Source of the DNA: Schizosaccharomyces osmophilus
Taxonomy: Eukaryota
Assembly (NCBI RefSeq): GCF_027921745.1
Contig: NC_079239.1
Coordinates: 3,100,001 to 3,164,000 of the forward strand
Reading direction: 5' to 3'
Length of the DNA stretch: 64,000 nucleotides
This document shows positions 61,159 through 64,000 of the stretch, piece after piece; within the stretch, counting starts at the first letter, position 1, and each line of letters begins with the position of its first letter. A program made the translations under genes and the position numbers. A model generated the notes under the pieces. It had not been told where the DNA came from and did not search any database. It was given only the letters and a program-made list of their open reading frames with translations.

Positions 61159-63319
61159 GTTTATCGCTCGTTTTATGATTCTCTTCTTTATAATGTTCAA
61201 TCCCTATTTATGTGCATCCAATGAAGTTTTATTTATATGAGACTGCTTTCGTTTCGGGTAAATTACCTTCAAACGGATTCATTACAAACGAACCGTGGAA
61301 AGGAACTCAAAAACTACATATTCCTAAGGAATCCATCCTCTTTTCAGTTGTAAAAGGATAGATTAGTACTAATGAAAACGTCGCTTTGCTATTATTAATC
61401 CGTCTTTATGTAGAAAAGCTAAAAAATTGTGTATTGATTATTTGTAACGCACATAGAGCAAATCTAGTAACCATTGGAATTTTCAATGGTTTCTTTTGTA
61501 TTTCATTTTTTCCTGCCCAAGATAACGCTCAGTCTATCGTTTGTACGTTCCTTTCCATGACAGATGTTTGATGCCAATAAGGAGAGGAAAATAAACGTAA
61601 CGTTGTGCAATAAATCTTGTTCTCGTATAGGCAAAATAAACAGACTTGCTTTATTTATTTTCGTTTTCAACTGGATAATAGTTACAGCAGGGTCTATTTT
61701 ACGATAGAATACAAATAAAGCAAAACAAACGACAAGGACGCTTCCCTAAGATGGCACAATGATCCAAGTGAATCCATTTATCTCAAGTCACTGCGAGTAT
61801 TCAACAAGCCAAATCGAAGCCAACTATGAATTTTGTTTATCCTTCGAATTCTCGGAAAATATAAGTGTTGTGTAACTAATTGATTTTATTAATAAACGTT
61901 TTTTTATTAAACTTTCTCCAAATGAAAATAGCGGATGAAAGCGTTCGTAAAAAACAACACAACGCCCTTTTCTCACCATCCTTTCAAAATCCAACCCAAA
62001 TCCAAGATTCCGTAATCATCAGTTCATAAAACCGACTTTCTTTTCTCTTTTCCACGCTTTATTACTCGTTCAATTACAGATTTCAAGGGCATCGTTACTT
62101 TACAAGTAACGTTGCCTCGAATGGTATTCAAGCAATGTTTGGAAATTTATATTTGAAGAAAACCAAGTCTGATGATTTTATAAGAGGATAATTATAAGAA
62201 TGTAAAGAAAAAAGTGTCACTTAACCAATTCAAGCTTCAAAAGAAAAAACATAGAATCCAAACAAGCATTTTTCTATAGGAGTAAGAGAAATATAATGGA
62301 ACGAATGGCATTTGTCCTCTTACACCGAACATATTTGGAGCAATTTGGAGAGTAACGCCGCTTTAATGATCGTTGTTACGGATTCTATATCAACCCATTC
62401 ACCCAATCAGCCAGACAAACATACAACAAGTAATTAAAAATTCGTTCCATTTTCAGTAACAGGTTTTTCAAAACAAGGATTTCCTATAGAGACTTGGTCT
62501 ATTTTGAAGAACAACCAATCTTCGCAAGACAACTATCTCTAAACAAGTCGCATCTTATAAACACTGCCATGCAAAAGAGATATTTAGACTTCAGTCAAGG
62601 ATTCAAATTCCCCTCAGAACCAAGTCGTACTGTGCCATTCCATTAAGAAGAACCTTAGCATCTAAGTTTTATGAGAGGAACTCTGCTGCGGATTTCTCAA
62701 TATCGATGCCATGGAATGTGCACAAAATTCTTTATAAATCTTTCACGATTAACAATCTTTTATCATCAAGATAATAGCACCTTTTCTATATTCGGGTTTC
62801 CTTTCTCTACTCGCTCACAATAGAAAAAGTCAAAAGAAGTTTAGAATTCTATCAGCTTTTGCATTCCATTCCAAAACTAGTTATCCCGTTTAGCAGAGAA
62901 ACGTTGTCACCACTTCAATCGTTTCGTCCAAAACCATCAAAACTTACGACTGTCGGATTTCCATCCTATGTCCTTTAATAGTAAAAAGCAAAGAAAGAGA
63001 CTATGCTTCACCATTTCTAGCAAAGATGCAATTCCCAATTTTGGGGTTTCAAAGCCATTTGTACTTACTCATAAAGATGATTGCAAGTGTATAAGCAAAC
63101 TTCTTCATCCTTTAATCTACTTAACCAAAAAATAAAGAAGTAGTTTTTCTGGTTAAGATACCATTAATATCTTCATAGCACTTGGTATGCATATTTCTCT
63201 TACCCATTACAGACCGAAATCAATAAAGAGTACTTTTGACGATTTGAGAATGAGTAGTCCCAACTAACAAGAAAGTTTGATAGATTGAAAAACCAAAAGC
63301 CAAAAAATAACAAAATTTC

Positions 63320-64000
63320 ATGGTCGTACCTACACCGTTTTACGTTTTACGTGGGCACTCATCTAGTGTCACGGCTGTTGCTTTCGACAAGAAAAATCAT
63401 ATTTTTTCAGGCGACGAAAATGGCTTTGTCATTTGTTGGGCCCTTTTAGATATGCGTCCTTTGCAGGCTTGGTATGCTCATTCGAAAAGTATCTTGGGAA
63501 TGGAAGTTATCGATAATGACATTCTATGCACGCAGAGTCGAGATTGTCGCTTAACAGTTTGGAAAATGAACTTTGAAAAGATTAAATCTTCTTTTTCCTT
63601 ATCCGAATTGAGCCGTATGCAATCGCAGAGGAAAGCATTCTCTCAAACGGATTTGGGTATGAGCAATGATTCAATTACTGTTTGCTCGAGCATTTACATC
63701 AATGCTTTAACTTTTTGTTCATTTTCTTATGACAAATTTGCAAAGGTTCTGGCAGTTTCAAATACCATCAATGTTGATGAAATTGATATTTACGAAGCAG
63801 AAAATTTACTATCGAAGAACACGAACCAAGGCGATCATGGAACGAGACTTCAAAATGAAATTAAACCCTTAATGAATAATGAAAAGACAGGTGCTTTAAT
63901 GAACACATCTTTTGCTTCCTCTGAGGAGTATTTATTCTTGGCAGCTGGCTATGAAAGTGGTCATGTAGCACAGTTTCGATGCAGACTTAGCAATGTAAGA
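63320..64000 (+). CDS. asa1: WD40 protein Asa1-like (ASTRA complex), truncated by window end
   Basis: MVVPTPFYVLRGHSSSVTAVAF...SGDENGFVICW...AHSKSILG...TQSRDCRLTVW, open to the window edge. Confidence 0.82.
   Translation, partial: MVVPTPFYVLRGHSSSVTAVAFDKKNHIFSGDENGFVICWALLDMRPLQAWYAHSKSILGMEVIDNDILCTQSRDCRLTVWKMNFEKIKSSFSLSELSRMQSQRKAFSQTDLGMSNDSITVCSSIYINALTFCSFSYDKFAKVLAVSNTINVDEIDIYEAENLLSKNTNQGDHGTRLQNEIKPLMNNEKTGALMNTSFASSEEYLFLAAGYESGHVAQFRCRLSNVR

Noticed and set aside
61160..63319. Hidden multi-exon gene or wtf relic in the 2.1-kb psp3-asa1 gap
   Set aside because: Scattered donor-like motifs and a short ATATGTTCGGT resemblance exist on the minus strand, but I could not assemble a consistent spliced ORF.

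Overview
Eukaryotic, intron-containing, AT-rich sequence from a fission yeast. It is most likely the Schizosaccharomyces octosporus/osmophilus/cryophilus clade rather than S. pombe, inferred from wtf genes sitting beside dispersed 5S rRNA genes. The first ~10 kb is an accessory cassette that the ORF track only shows in fragments: three co-oriented 5S rRNA genes bracket two intact, mutually divergent five-exon wtf (poison-antidote meiotic driver) genes. Between the first two 5S copies lie the nickel transporter nic1 and a small unrecognised secreted Lys-Arg-repeat peptide precursor that carries a frameshift. From 10.7 kb onward is ordinary housekeeping sequence that, from memory, follows S. pombe gene order: RING E3, mrpl23, scs2, stomatin, trp4, Kex1-like peptidase, rrp42, bag101, top3, ptf2, rps3, fkh2, a Zn2Cys6 factor, erg24, stb3, an amino-acid permease, eaf7, ale1, eso1, a lipase, an amylase homolog, a SOD-fold mitoribosomal protein, a PQ-loop protein, psp3 and asa1 (truncated). 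Less obvious items there are a box C/D snoRNA in the rps3 intron, a highly base-paired fkh2 intron, and an apparently catalytically dead alpha-amylase homolog with seven 66-bp acidic CxxC repeats. Exon boundaries were read by eye, and gene names are by recognition, not database search.
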